From assembly GCA_016719785.1 (NCBI GenBank), contig JADJYJ010000010.1:1-64000 (forward strand): DNA of 64,000 nucleotides. The letters are read 5' to 3'. This DNA comes from Candidatus Amarolinea dominans (GTDB lineage Bacteria > Chloroflexota > Anaerolineae > SSC4 > Amarolineaceae). The position numbers and the translations under genes are program-made. Under the pieces are notes generated by a model that saw nothing but the letters and a program-made list of their open reading frames with translations, searched no databases and was not told the origin of the DNA. Positions 43,358 to 53,020 of this stretch are shown here, in pieces. Numbering within the stretch: the first letter of the stretch is position 1; each line of letters opens with the position of its first letter.

Positions 43358-43726
43358 GTAGCAGCAGCCGCCGTGGAAAAGAGCAGGCTGAATACTACCA
43401 ACAGATGAACCAACGACGACAGGCGCGGCGCGAGCCGGCCGCGAGCAGAATGTCGAGAAGAGAGGAGAGAGAAAGTAGAACACCAGCGTAACATGACAAC
43501 GGACTCCTTTCGTGCAGCAATCGAAACGGCTGGGGTCAGGGACATTTTCCTGACTGCTGTAAGGAGGTCGCGGGCGGGAGAGAGAACTCTCGCCGGGGAC
43601 TTCCGACGGCGGGAGACGACTCGGAAGGCGGGGGGCATGCTTGTGGCTGGTCACAGCATACCACGCGCGCGGCGATCTGTCAAGAGGCAAATTCGGGTGA
43701 CGACAGGGAGTCACGAAGGAACCAAG

Positions 43727-43952
43727 GAATACTCCTTTGTGTCTTGGCGTCCCTGTGTGACCAAGAAAGAAATCTCACACAAAGACACGAAGAACACAAA
43801 GGAATCAGAGAATACTCCTTTGTGTCTTGGCGTCCCTGTGTGAGCAAATCCCGTTAACGCAAAAGACGCCAGAGGCGCAGGAGACGCAAGGGTTACTTGA
43901 AAACCCTTTGCGTCCCGGCGTCTTGGCGTCCCGGCACCCCGGCGTTGAAAAA
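43727..43952. repeat. Cluster of short GC-rich repeats (core TTGGCGYCCC): a 34-bp direct repeat x2 plus a 70-bp element related to 59547-59594
   Basis: gaatactcctttgtgtcttggcgtccctgtgtga occurs at 43727 and 43811. gagacgcaagggttacttgaaaaccctttgcgtcccggcgtcttggcgtcccggcaccccggcgttgaaaaa compares with gagacgcaagggctttttcttggcgccccggcgccccggcgttaaaat at 59547. Confidence 0.75.
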
Positions 43953-43961
43953 ATGGAACTA

Positions 43962-44576
43962 TCAGGCCATTGCGGCTGCGAAGCGCTTGCTGACCTCGTC
44001 CCAGTTGACGGTGTTCCACCACGCGGCCAGGTAGTCGGGCCGGCGGTTCTGATACTTCAGGTAGTAGGCATGTTCCCACACGTCAATGCCCAGGATCGGG
44101 GTGTGCCCGTCCATCAGGGGGCTGTCCTGGTTGGCTGTGCTATAGGCGGCGAGCTTGTGCTTGCCGTCCACCACTAGCCATGACCAGCCGCTGCCAAAAC
44201 GGGTAACGCCGTTCTGCGTGACCTTGGTCTTGAAATCGGCAAAGCTGTTGAACGTGCCGGCAATGGCCTCGGCCAGCGCGCCGGTCGGTTCCCCGCGGCC
44301 GCCGGGAGCCATGATCTCCCAAAATAGCTTGTGATTGTGATGCCCGCCGCCGTTGTTGCGCACAGCCGTGCGGATGCTCTCCGGCACGCCGGCGATCTCA
44401 GCCAGCAGGGCCTCCAGCGGTTTCTCGGCCAGTTCGGGCGCATTGGCCAGCGCGTTGTTCAGGTTGGTGACATAGGCCTGATGATGCTTGTCGTGGTGAA
44501 TCTGCATCGTCAGTTCATCAATGAATGGTTCCAGTGCGTTGTATGCATAGGGTAAAGGTGGAAGCGTATGAGCCAT
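43962..44576 (-). CDS. sodA: Fe/Mn superoxide dismutase
   Basis: [10 protein letters not shown], a GGGHHNH-containing helix, and [18 protein letters not shown], which is the metal-ligand Asp/His signature. Confidence 0.9.
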   Translation of the reverse strand: MAHTLPPLPYAYNALEPFIDELTMQIHHDKHHQAYVTNLNNALANAPELAEKPLEALLAEIAGVPESIRTAVRNNGGGHHNHKLFWEIMAPGGRGEPTGALAEAIAGTFNSFADFKTKVTQNGVTRFGSGWSWLVVDGKHKLAAYSTANQDSPLMDGHTPILGIDVWEHAYYLKYQNRRPDYLAAWWNTVNWDEVSKRFAAAMA

Positions 44577-44805
44577 CGGTGATTTCTCCTTCGTTCTGTT
44601 TTCTTTCGTGATTGTTCGGAACAGCCATCATTTTACTACAATGCGCCGGTGTTGTCAACTTTAGCAACACTAATGTTGCTTTACTCGCAATCAGATAGAG
44701 CCTTTGCGCCCTCGCGTCTTCGCGTTGAAATATCTTCCCGTCAGCAAACCATGCTCCGCCGCGGACAGCGCCGTCACGCCGGAGGCGTGACCTACGGGGG
44801 GAGCG

Positions 44806-46347
44806 TCAGAAGGCAGCGTCGGCAAACGTACACACCTGGCTGAGGCGGCCCACACGGCGGGCCATGTGCAGCTCGGGCCACGGTTCGCCCAAAATGCCGT
44901 CATGAATCGCCCAACTGCGCCCGCGCACGGTGCGGCCGGCGTCCAGCGGCCGGAAAGTGCTGCCATCCAGGCGGCCGGCCAGGTCGCCGTCGCGAAAGCG
45001 CCGATCGAGGTCTTCCATGAATCGCTGACCGGTCAGGTAGAAAAAGCCCCAGCGCTCCAGCAGGATGGCGTTGTGATAGGCCAGCGGCTGGGCAAAGATG
45101 TACTGCTTGCCCCACGCGGCCGCCAACCGTTCGACGCGCGGCAGCAGGCGGCGGCTGACCAGCCCCAGCCCGGCGCGCACCTGCCCGGGCGTCAGGCCGG
45201 CGCGCAGAGCGGCCTCTTCTGCAGCCAGATTGCGCGCCACTAACCCCAACAGCGTGGGATGTCCTGCGCTGTCGTAATCAATGTCGAACCGCTCTGCGTC
45301 CAGGTTGTTGACCACCACCAGGTAGATTTGCAACTGGCCGTTGCTGGTCTCGCCAAAGTGCAGGAGCAGCGCCGGGTCTTGATCCCCGCGCTGGCGCCAG
45401 ATCGTCAGTTCGACCATGGCGCTGTTGGCGTTGGTGGCCAGGCGCAGGGCGAAGTCGCCATGCCGGTCGCGCAGTGACTGTTCGTCAATCTCACAGGTGG
45501 TCAGCAGCAGGTTGGGAATCAAAGGGCGAAAGGCCTTGATCTGCTCAGGCAACGGCAACTGGCACAGGTCGCGTAAGGAAACATACTGGGCGCCTGGGGC
45601 GGGTGCTTCTGTCTCAGGCAAGGCCGGCGGCGGCGGCTGGTGCGGCCTTTGAACTTTCAGCGCACGCAGATAGGGCGGCAGCGCGCTGTTGTGTTCAAGG
45701 TCATCCAGAATGTGACGCGCCATCGTCTGCACTTGGGGTTTCCAATGGGTGCTGAACGGCTCTGCCAACGCCCGTATCTGCGCCTGCCACGGGCGACCAG
45801 ATGCACTGCCCGCCAGGGTGCGAATCCCCTCCAACATGCCGTCCACCTGGTGCGTGTTGGCCTGATGGCCGATGGCCTGCGCCAGCTCCTCCCAGGCTTC
45901 TTGTAGCAGGTCTTGATCGCCGGCCATCAGCCGCGCCAGGGTCTGCGCGGCAAAGGCGCGGGCGGCAGCGCTGCGCTGATCCCACAGGGCGCGGCGCAGC
46001 GCTGCCATCTCCGGCGCGCTGCGCAGAGGTTTCAAGCTCCAGTCGGCCACCGCCTCCAGCGCGCGCACGACATCCCGATGCGCATCGAGGTCGTCCCAGT
46101 CGGTCAGCGCGGCCAGCAGTTGCGGGACCACCGGCGCCAGTGTGGCCGGCCGGTGCAGGCCAATGTCGGCCAGCCTGGCCGCGGCCTGCGCTTGCCGGTC
46201 CTTGTCGTCGCCGTGCAGCAGCGCGACGACATCGGGTAAGGCCAGATCGCCAACCGAGACAGTCGGCGCCTGTATCGCGGCCGATTCATCCCCTGACGCG
46301 ACGGCAAGCGTGCTTTCCTCCAGGACAGTCATTCCAGGTGTCGTCAT
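44806..46347 (-). CDS. Hypothetical protein (N-terminal helical-repeat region, C-terminal alpha/beta domain)
   Basis: Intact 513-aa ORF with no diagnostic motifs recognised. Confidence 0.5.
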   Translation of the reverse strand: MTTPGMTVLEESTLAVASGDESAAIQAPTVSVGDLALPDVVALLHGDDKDRQAQAAARLADIGLHRPATLAPVVPQLLAALTDWDDLDAHRDVVRALEAVADWSLKPLRSAPEMAALRRALWDQRSAAARAFAAQTLARLMAGDQDLLQEAWEELAQAIGHQANTHQVDGMLEGIRTLAGSASGRPWQAQIRALAEPFSTHWKPQVQTMARHILDDLEHNSALPPYLRALKVQRPHQPPPPALPETEAPAPGAQYVSLRDLCQLPLPEQIKAFRPLIPNLLLTTCEIDEQSLRDRHGDFALRLATNANSAMVELTIWRQRGDQDPALLLHFGETSNGQLQIYLVVVNNLDAERFDIDYDSAGHPTLLGLVARNLAAEEAALRAGLTPGQVRAGLGLVSRRLLPRVERLAAAWGKQYIFAQPLAYHNAILLERWGFFYLTGQRFMEDLDRRFRDGDLAGRLDGSTFRPLDAGRTVRGRSWAIHDGILGEPWPELHMARRVGRLSQVCTFADAAF

Positions 46348-46552
46348 AGGTCATTCCCCTTCTCCGGCGGTCGAAAATCTATTCTTGCTGACTGATTTTA
46401 GTGTAACATACATGACGCAGTGCGTCAAGCACCGCGTAAAGCCCCAAATTGCCTTGTGTGTCAATTTGGAGTAAACTCCCCCAATCCATCGTCTGCCCCC
46501 AACCGCCCATCGGCGCTGCAAAGCCCGATTCCATCTGCTGGAGGAATTCATC

Positions 46553-47953
46553 GTGCGTCCGCCTGCTGAAGCAACCGAAAAGGTCCCTCTCGTCACCAAA
46601 TTGGCGTTCGGCGCGGGAGATGTCGGCCCCGCCATCGCCACCGCCATCATGTCCTTTTTCCTGCTCTTTTTCCTGACCGACGTGGCCCGCCTTAATCCCG
46701 CCGTGGCCGGCGTCATCCTGCTGCTCACCAAAATCTGGGATTCTGTCAATGATCCCATTGTGGGTGTGCTTTCGGACCGCATCAAGACGCGCTGGGGCCG
46801 CCGCCGGCCCTGGTTCCTGTTCGGCGCCATTCCCTTCGGCCTGACCTTTTTCCTGCTCTTTCTTGTACCGCAGGTCAGCAACAATGGCAAATTCTGGTAC
46901 TACCTGGTCGTCTCTCTGCTCCTGGACACCGCCTTCACGGTGGTCAACGTGCCGTACACCGCGCTGACGCCCGAACTGACGCGTGATTACGACGAGCGCA
47001 CCAGCCTGAACTCCTTTCGCTTTGCCTTCTCCATCGGCAGCGGCCTGATTGCCGCGGTCCTGCATCCCCTCATCGTCAACGCCGTGCAGCCGAGCATGGG
47101 CATCCAGGGCGCCTATGCCGTGTCGGCCGGCGTCTGGGCCATCTGCGCCACCCTGCCCTTCTTCTTCGCCTTCTGGGGCACCTACGAACGCCATCAGGAG
47201 TCGGAACAGGAGGAGATCCCGTTCTTCGATGGCCTCAAGATCACCTTCAGAAATCGCGCCTTTCGTTATGTTACCGGCATCTACCTGCTCTCCTGGCTGG
47301 TGGTGCAAACAGTCTCCACCATCGTCATCTACTACATGACCTACTGGCTGCGCCAGCCCGGCCTGGTGCCGGTGGTGATTCTGGCGGTGCAGGGCAGCGC
47401 GCTCATCTGGCTCTTCATCTGGACGGCCGTCAGCCGCCGCACCGGCAAGAAAGGCGTCTACTACCGCGGCATGATCTTCTGGATCGTCGTGGCCTTCGCC
47501 CTCTTCCTGGTGCAGCCGGACTGGCCCAGTTGGGTCATCATCGCGCTGGGCGCGCTGGCCGGCGTTGGCGTGGCCACGGCCTACCTGGTGCCCTGGGCCA
47601 TGCTGCCCGACGTGATCGAGCTGGACGAACTGGAAACCGGCAAGCGGCGTGAGGGCGCGTTTTACGGCTTCTTCGTACTCTTGCAGAAGCTCGGCCTGGC
47701 GCTCGGCCTCTTCCTGGTCAGCCAGGTGCTCAACTGGACCGGTTACATCACGCCGCCCGAAGGCGCCACCACACTCATCGTGCAGCCGGACAGCACGCTG
47801 CTCGCCATTCGTCTGATGATCGGCCCCATTCCCGCCTTCATCCTGGCGGCCGGCATCTACCTGGTGTACAAATTCCCCATCACCAAAGAAAATCATGAAG
47901 AAACGCTGCGGGAATTGGCGCGGCGCCGCGCCGCAACGACACTCTCAGCCTGA
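46553..47953 (+). CDS. MFS transporter, glycoside-pentoside-hexuronide (GPH):cation symporter family
   Basis: 12 TM helices. The RIKTRWGRRRPWFLFGAIPFG motif is diagnostic of GPH/MelB-like symporters. Confidence 0.8.
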   Translation: MRPPAEATEKVPLVTKLAFGAGDVGPAIATAIMSFFLLFFLTDVARLNPAVAGVILLLTKIWDSVNDPIVGVLSDRIKTRWGRRRPWFLFGAIPFGLTFFLLFLVPQVSNNGKFWYYLVVSLLLDTAFTVVNVPYTALTPELTRDYDERTSLNSFRFAFSIGSGLIAAVLHPLIVNAVQPSMGIQGAYAVSAGVWAICATLPFFFAFWGTYERHQESEQEEIPFFDGLKITFRNRAFRYVTGIYLLSWLVVQTVSTIVIYYMTYWLRQPGLVPVVILAVQGSALIWLFIWTAVSRRTGKKGVYYRGMIFWIVVAFALFLVQPDWPSWVIIALGALAGVGVATAYLVPWAMLPDVIELDELETGKRREGAFYGFFVLLQKLGLALGLFLVSQVLNWTGYITPPEGATTLIVQPDSTLLAIRLMIGPIPAFILAAGIYLVYKFPITKENHEETLRELARRRAATTLSA

Positions 47954-48072
47954 CCAACGCATGAAGAATCTCAGCAAGAATCGCAACATCACCATCCTGT
48001 TCTTCACCATGATCGTGGTCATGCTCGGTTTTGGAATAATGGCCCATTCATTTTCATTATTAGCGAGGTATC

Positions 48073-48783
48073 ATGACACCAACCTTCAATGGTACACTGG
48101 CGCTGCTAGGCGCCGGCGAATATCTACCAGTCGTCGAAGCGATAGACCGCTTCTTGCTCAGCCGCTTGCCCGCGCCCCAGCGTGTGGTCTGCCTACCCAC
48201 GGCGGCCGGCGCGGAGAGCGAGGAGCGCCTGCGCTATTGGGCCGATTTGGGCATCAACCACTTCACCCGCCTGGGTGCAGAGGTGCAGTCACTGCCCGTA
48301 TTTGATCGCGCCAGCGCCCAAGATACCCGCCTGGCCGACCAGGTGGCCGAGGCCAACTTCGTCTACCTGTCCGGCGGCAGAGCCACCTACCTGTACGATG
48401 TTCTCGTGGGCACCCCGGTCTTCGACGCCATCATGTACGTCCTGGACACCGGCGGGGTCGTGGCCGGCTGCAGCGCCGGCGCCATGATCTGGGGCGAGCA
48501 CATTCCCCGCTTCCCACCGCCGCCCGTCTGTCAGCCCGGCTTGGCCTATCTGCCCAACGCCATCATCCTGCCGCACTTCGACGAGATATCGCACCTCATG
48601 ACCAACATCCTGCACTTTGTCCTGGGCAACGGGCATACGCTCGTGGGCATTGACTGCAACACCGCCCTGATCTGCATGGATAGCATCTTGACGGTCGCGG
48701 GCAGCGGCGGGGTAACGGTGTGGGACGCCAGTCGCAAGGAGCGTTACACCGCCGGAGAGACCGTGAGCCTGCCCACAAGCTGA
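48073..48783 (+). CDS. Peptidase S51 / class-I glutamine-amidotransferase-like protein (dipeptidase E / cyanophycinase family)
   Basis: VYLSGGRATYLYDVL...AGCSAGAMIWGE with the nucleophile Ser in context, and ILPHFD. Confidence 0.6.
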   Translation: MTPTFNGTLALLGAGEYLPVVEAIDRFLLSRLPAPQRVVCLPTAAGAESEERLRYWADLGINHFTRLGAEVQSLPVFDRASAQDTRLADQVAEANFVYLSGGRATYLYDVLVGTPVFDAIMYVLDTGGVVAGCSAGAMIWGEHIPRFPPPPVCQPGLAYLPNAIILPHFDEISHLMTNILHFVLGNGHTLVGIDCNTALICMDSILTVAGSGGVTVWDASRKERYTAGETVSLPTS

Positions 48784-48793
48784 AAGGCGACCA

Positions 48794-50551
48794 ATGACCA
48801 ACCACTCTCAACTCTCGCCAACGGGCGCACAACCCTGGTGGCAAACGACCGTCTTCTACCAAATCTACCCGCGCAGCTTTGCCGATAGTAACGGCGACGG
48901 CATCGGCGACCTGGCCGGCATCAACAGTCGCCTCGACTATCTGCAAGACCTGGGCATCGGCGCGATCTGGCTTTCGCCGCATTACCCCTCGCCCCTGCTG
49001 GATTGCGGCTATGACGTGGCCGACTACACCGGCGTGGCGCCAGAGTACGGCACGCTCGACGATTTCACGCACTTCCTCGACGCCGCCCATCAGCGTGACA
49101 TCCGTGTGGTGCTCGACCTGGTGCTCAACCACACCTCCGATCAGCACCCCTGGTTCCAGGACGCCCGCCGCGGCCGTCAGCAGCCGCATCACGATTGGTA
49201 CGTCTGGCATCCCGGCCGCGACGGCGGGCCGCCCAATAACTGGAACTCAGCCTTTGGCGGTTCGGCCTGGGAATTTGTGCCAGAGCTGGGCCTCTACTAC
49301 TACCATTACTTCCTCAAGCAGCAGCCCGACCTCAACTGGCGCCATCCGGCTGTCAGGCAGGCGATGTTCGCGGCCGCGCGTTTCTGGCTCGACCTGGGCG
49401 TGGACGGCTTCCGCCTGGATGCCATCAACACCCTCTTCGAAGACCCTGCGCTGACCGATCATACCACGCAGATGAGTCAGCGTGATCTGTTCGCGCTGAT
49501 GGCCCTGGCCTCCAGCGACGAGCAGCGCCAGCAGGTCGTCGAGCAATGGCGCCTGATGTACCAGCACCAGGTGGATCAGCCGGGCGTCCATGCGCTGATG
49601 TCCGATCTGCGCACGATGATTGACGCCTATCCCGGCGCCATGCTCGTGGGCGAAACGGACGACATCGCCTACATGGGCAACGGCCACAACGAGTTGCACC
49701 TGGTTTTCAATTTTCCGCTCATGCAAACCGAGCGCCTGACGCCAGCCTGGGTACGCGCCAATCAGGCCGCTCGCCTGACCGCACTGCCCGCCGGCGGTTG
49801 GCCGTGCAACACCCTGGGCAACCATGACTCGTCCCGCGTCTACACCCGTTTTGGCAACGGCAAACACGACGCGGCGCTGGCGCGGCTCTCGGCTGCCCTG
49901 GTGCTGACCCTGCAAGGCACCCCGTTTCTCTACAACGGCGAGGAGATCGGCATGACCGACCTGCTGCTCGACGACGTCAGTCAGTTCCGCGACCTGCTCG
50001 GCCTGCAGCTCTACCAGATGGCGCACGCGGAGTTCGGCTTGCCGGCGGAGGTCGCCGTGGCGCATGCGGCCCATCATGGGCGCGACAAATGTCGCACGCC
50101 GCTGCAATGGACGCCTGCGCCCCAGGCCGGCTTCTGTCCGCCCAGCGTGCAGCCCTGGCTGCCGGTCAACCCCAACGCGGCCCAGGTGGTCAACGTGGCC
50201 GAGCAGGCTGACGACCCTGCTTCGCTGCTCAACTTCTATCGCCGCCTGCTGGCCGTGCGCCGGCAAACCCCCGCGCTACAAACGGGCGCCTACGTCCCGC
50301 TGCACGAATCGGCCGACACTTATCTCGCCTTCCTGCGTCAGCTCGACCAGACGGAGGCAAGTTGCCTGGTGGTGCTCAACATGGCGGACCAGGCCCAAGA
50401 CCTGACCTTCGATCTGGCGGCCGGACAGGTGCAATGCCTGTTTTCCAGCCACGAGCGCCCGGCCGGCCCGCAGGCCCTGCGCCATCTGACACTGGCGCCG
50501 TTCGAGGTTTTCATCGGCGCATTGAATCGAAAATCCCAAGTTAGATTGTGA
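48794..50551 (+). CDS. GH13 alpha-glucosidase / oligo-1,6-glucosidase-like
   Basis: WWQTTVFYQIYPRSFADSNGDGIGDLAGI, DLVLNHTSDQHPWF, GVDGFRLDAI and GETD are the conserved GH13 regions I-IV. Confidence 0.85.
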   Translation: MTNHSQLSPTGAQPWWQTTVFYQIYPRSFADSNGDGIGDLAGINSRLDYLQDLGIGAIWLSPHYPSPLLDCGYDVADYTGVAPEYGTLDDFTHFLDAAHQRDIRVVLDLVLNHTSDQHPWFQDARRGRQQPHHDWYVWHPGRDGGPPNNWNSAFGGSAWEFVPELGLYYYHYFLKQQPDLNWRHPAVRQAMFAAARFWLDLGVDGFRLDAINTLFEDPALTDHTTQMSQRDLFALMALASSDEQRQQVVEQWRLMYQHQVDQPGVHALMSDLRTMIDAYPGAMLVGETDDIAYMGNGHNELHLVFNFPLMQTERLTPAWVRANQAARLTALPAGGWPCNTLGNHDSSRVYTRFGNGKHDAALARLSAALVLTLQGTPFLYNGEEIGMTDLLLDDVSQFRDLLGLQLYQMAHAEFGLPAEVAVAHAAHHGRDKCRTPLQWTPAPQAGFCPPSVQPWLPVNPNAAQVVNVAEQADDPASLLNFYRRLLAVRRQTPALQTGAYVPLHESADTYLAFLRQLDQTEASCLVVLNMADQAQDLTFDLAAGQVQCLFSSHERPAGPQALRHLTLAPFEVFIGALNRKSQVRL

Positions 50552-50638
50552 CGCAAGTTGGCAACTGGCGCCCCTGGCGTTTTCTGCGAAATCGCCCCCG
50601 CAGGAGCATGAGCGACTGACCGGAAAAGCGCAGGCCAT

Positions 50639-53008
50639 CTACCGGTTGATGCTGTTGTAGCTGGCCAGCCACTGTCCACTCTTGAGCGTCTCCGCCACGG
50701 CTACCAGTGGTTGGTTAGACTGAATCCGTACCGAACCTGTCCAGTTGCCGCCCAAAGAAATCGTAGCACAATGGTTGCGGGTATTGCGGCTGAGCGATCT
50801 GCCCGCGACGATCGTCAAGTTCGACTCCTGGAACGTCAGCGTGCCGTTCTGGTCGTAGTAATAGATGTCCACGTCAGTGGCATTGCTGGTAGTTGGATTC
50901 TGGATGCGCAAGATGGAGTACTGATCCCACTGGTTTTCACTGGACGGGCAAGAAGTGTAGGCGGTGTTCTTCTGGTAGACACCCGGCAGGTAGGTGTTCG
51001 TGCTCGCCAGTCCGCTGTGAACGCCGGTATAGGCGCCAGCCACGTTGTTGTCCGGCCGGAGGGTGATCTGCGCTACTGCCAGCGGCTGATTGGACTCAAC
51101 AATGACAGCGCCTGCCCATGCGCCTCCCAGAACACTGTAGACGCTGGCCTCGACATTGCCACCCGTCTTGGTGTTGAAGCCTTTGGCCGCATTCGGTGTG
51201 ATGGTTTGACCGGAGATGGTCAGGTCTTCGTTGCCGGTAGCGGCATTGCGATAGCGCAGGGTCACGTTGGCATTGCTGCTGCCCAGGTTTTGCACGATGG
51301 TGATCGAGAAGCCCTGCCAGCTTCCTGCGTTGGGATTGCAGTCGGTGCAACGCCGCTCTATGGAAGGTGCAAAGACCGGCCGTGCGCCACCGCTGACGCC
51401 GTTGTAAGCCGCCACATACCAGCGCCAGTAGTTGGTCAGCACAGAAGTGATGAGCTGGCCGTTGGTCGAGGTAACCTTGACTGCTCCGGTCCAGTTGCAG
51501 CCGGCCAACGTTCCGCATTGAGTATTGTAGTAGTCCGTCTGCCTCAGATCCGGCACTGCACCGCCTGGATCACGCAAGTCGTAATTGCGAAAGCCGTTCG
51601 CTACCAGGGTGTCGGAGCGCGTGAAGTCGGTCACGCCGCCGCGGTTGATGTACGTGAGCTCCAGGCTGGCGGCCGCGGTGGTCGTGTTTTGCACCATGAA
51701 GCGGGAATACTGGACGAAAGGCACGCCGTGGGTGACCGGATCCGGGTAGTAGACGGCGTAAGGCAGGTACATCGCAGCGCTACCCGCGTCGAAAGCGCTG
51801 TAGGCGACTGCCGCGTTGCCATCCCCATAATCGCCGCCGCTATAGCGATTCTCCACGATCACGGCCTGGTCCTGGCTGGCCACCGCCAGGGTTGAGCCGC
51901 GACAAAAGGCGCAATAGTTGGAGAAACGCACCTCCCTGGTGCTGTTGAGCGCAATGAAGTCGGTATTCTGCCGGTGTACCCAGTCGTCAGCGAGCAAGCT
52001 GGTGTTGACTTGGGCTACCTTGGCCTGGCTGTTGTTGCGCACCAGGATGGTCGAGTTCCAGCCGTAGTAGTTGGATAGGATGTCCGGCAGATAGGCGGGA
52101 TACAGACCAATGAAGGTGGTCCGGCCCGCGACGAAGGTGTGGTTGCCCAGGTCTTCATAGAGGGTGTCGTTAGGATAGCGAGCATAGAGGTGGTAGGTCC
52201 CCGGCTGCACGTCGGTGGTACCAAAATTCTCCACCACCAAGTCGTCCGCATTGGCCCAGGTGTAGGCATAGGTCTGTGACCAACCATAGCTCCCCCAAGT
52301 GGCATTGGCAGGTTTTTGTATGCCATGAATTCGCAATCCGCCGACTGGGTTTCCATTGGCATCGGTCACTTTGCCTACTGCGTTCGCTGTTTGGGTCCCG
52401 CCGTTATTGAATGATTCAAGCCAGAGTTCAGGGTTCCGCGACCGGGCCTCTGAGTCGAGTGTGTTAGGCTCCAGCTGTCTGTCTGACTCAGGATGAACAA
52501 CAATCTGCTGGTGTAGGTGATTTCCCTGCGAGTAACTACCGGTGTCGTCCACTTCACCGATCTTGGTTTGGCCAGCGTATACGACGTTGCCCACCTGTAC
52601 TGGTACACTCCATTGTTTGAGATGAAGATACACGGAGTAGACGTAAGCCATCTGTTGCGATGTACGATCATAGTGTCGCTGATTGTGACGCACGAGCGCA
52701 AAATTGCCCCAAGCGGTGCTTCTGTCTCCATCCGGTCTATCTTCACGCAGTTGGACAACCGTACCGTCTGCGACAGCGTATACGCTGGTGCCGTTTGGGT
52801 AGGGAAAGTCGATGCCTTTATGCGTGCTTCCACCGGACTCCTCAGCATACAAATAATACTGGTTGATCTTTCCACCATTGTCAGTGATCGGGCGTCGAAT
52901 TTGGTATGCTGCGTAAATGTCACCAATAAGCGCTGCCATCAGTAACACCAGGAATGCAGCGATAAGTACACTTATTCTGAACTGCTTTTCTACGAGTGTG
53001 TTTGTCAT
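50639..53008 (-). CDS. Membrane-anchored M23/LytM-family metallopeptidase with large C-terminal domain of unknown function (copy 1)
   Basis: N-terminal TM, HKGIDFPYP...GNHLHQQI (HxxxD...HxH M23 motifs), then a 550-aa Asn/Thr/Tyr-rich beta domain. Confidence 0.8.
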   Translation of the reverse strand: MTNTLVEKQFRISVLIAAFLVLLMAALIGDIYAAYQIRRPITDNGGKINQYYLYAEESGGSTHKGIDFPYPNGTSVYAVADGTVVQLREDRPDGDRSTAWGNFALVRHNQRHYDRTSQQMAYVYSVYLHLKQWSVPVQVGNVVYAGQTKIGEVDDTGSYSQGNHLHQQIVVHPESDRQLEPNTLDSEARSRNPELWLESFNNGGTQTANAVGKVTDANGNPVGGLRIHGIQKPANATWGSYGWSQTYAYTWANADDLVVENFGTTDVQPGTYHLYARYPNDTLYEDLGNHTFVAGRTTFIGLYPAYLPDILSNYYGWNSTILVRNNSQAKVAQVNTSLLADDWVHRQNTDFIALNSTREVRFSNYCAFCRGSTLAVASQDQAVIVENRYSGGDYGDGNAAVAYSAFDAGSAAMYLPYAVYYPDPVTHGVPFVQYSRFMVQNTTTAAASLELTYINRGGVTDFTRSDTLVANGFRNYDLRDPGGAVPDLRQTDYYNTQCGTLAGCNWTGAVKVTSTNGQLITSVLTNYWRWYVAAYNGVSGGARPVFAPSIERRCTDCNPNAGSWQGFSITIVQNLGSSNANVTLRYRNAATGNEDLTISGQTITPNAAKGFNTKTGGNVEASVYSVLGGAWAGAVIVESNQPLAVAQITLRPDNNVAGAYTGVHSGLASTNTYLPGVYQKNTAYTSCPSSENQWDQYSILRIQNPTTSNATDVDIYYYDQNGTLTFQESNLTIVAGRSLSRNTRNHCATISLGGNWTGSVRIQSNQPLVAVAETLKSGQWLASYNSINR

Positions 53009-53020
53009 TGCTCTTGCCTC

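Noticed and set aside
43885-43912. Hairpin gcaagggtt-acttgaaaa-ccctttgc as an intrinsic terminator for sodA or the leader
   Set aside because: No U-tract follows the stem on either strand. It is more likely part of the dispersed repeat family.
46379-47896. 505-aa ORF on the minus strand
   Set aside because: It runs antisense through the well-supported MFS transporter and has a low-complexity Gly/Asp/Glu/Ala composition. It is a typical high-GC antisense shadow ORF.
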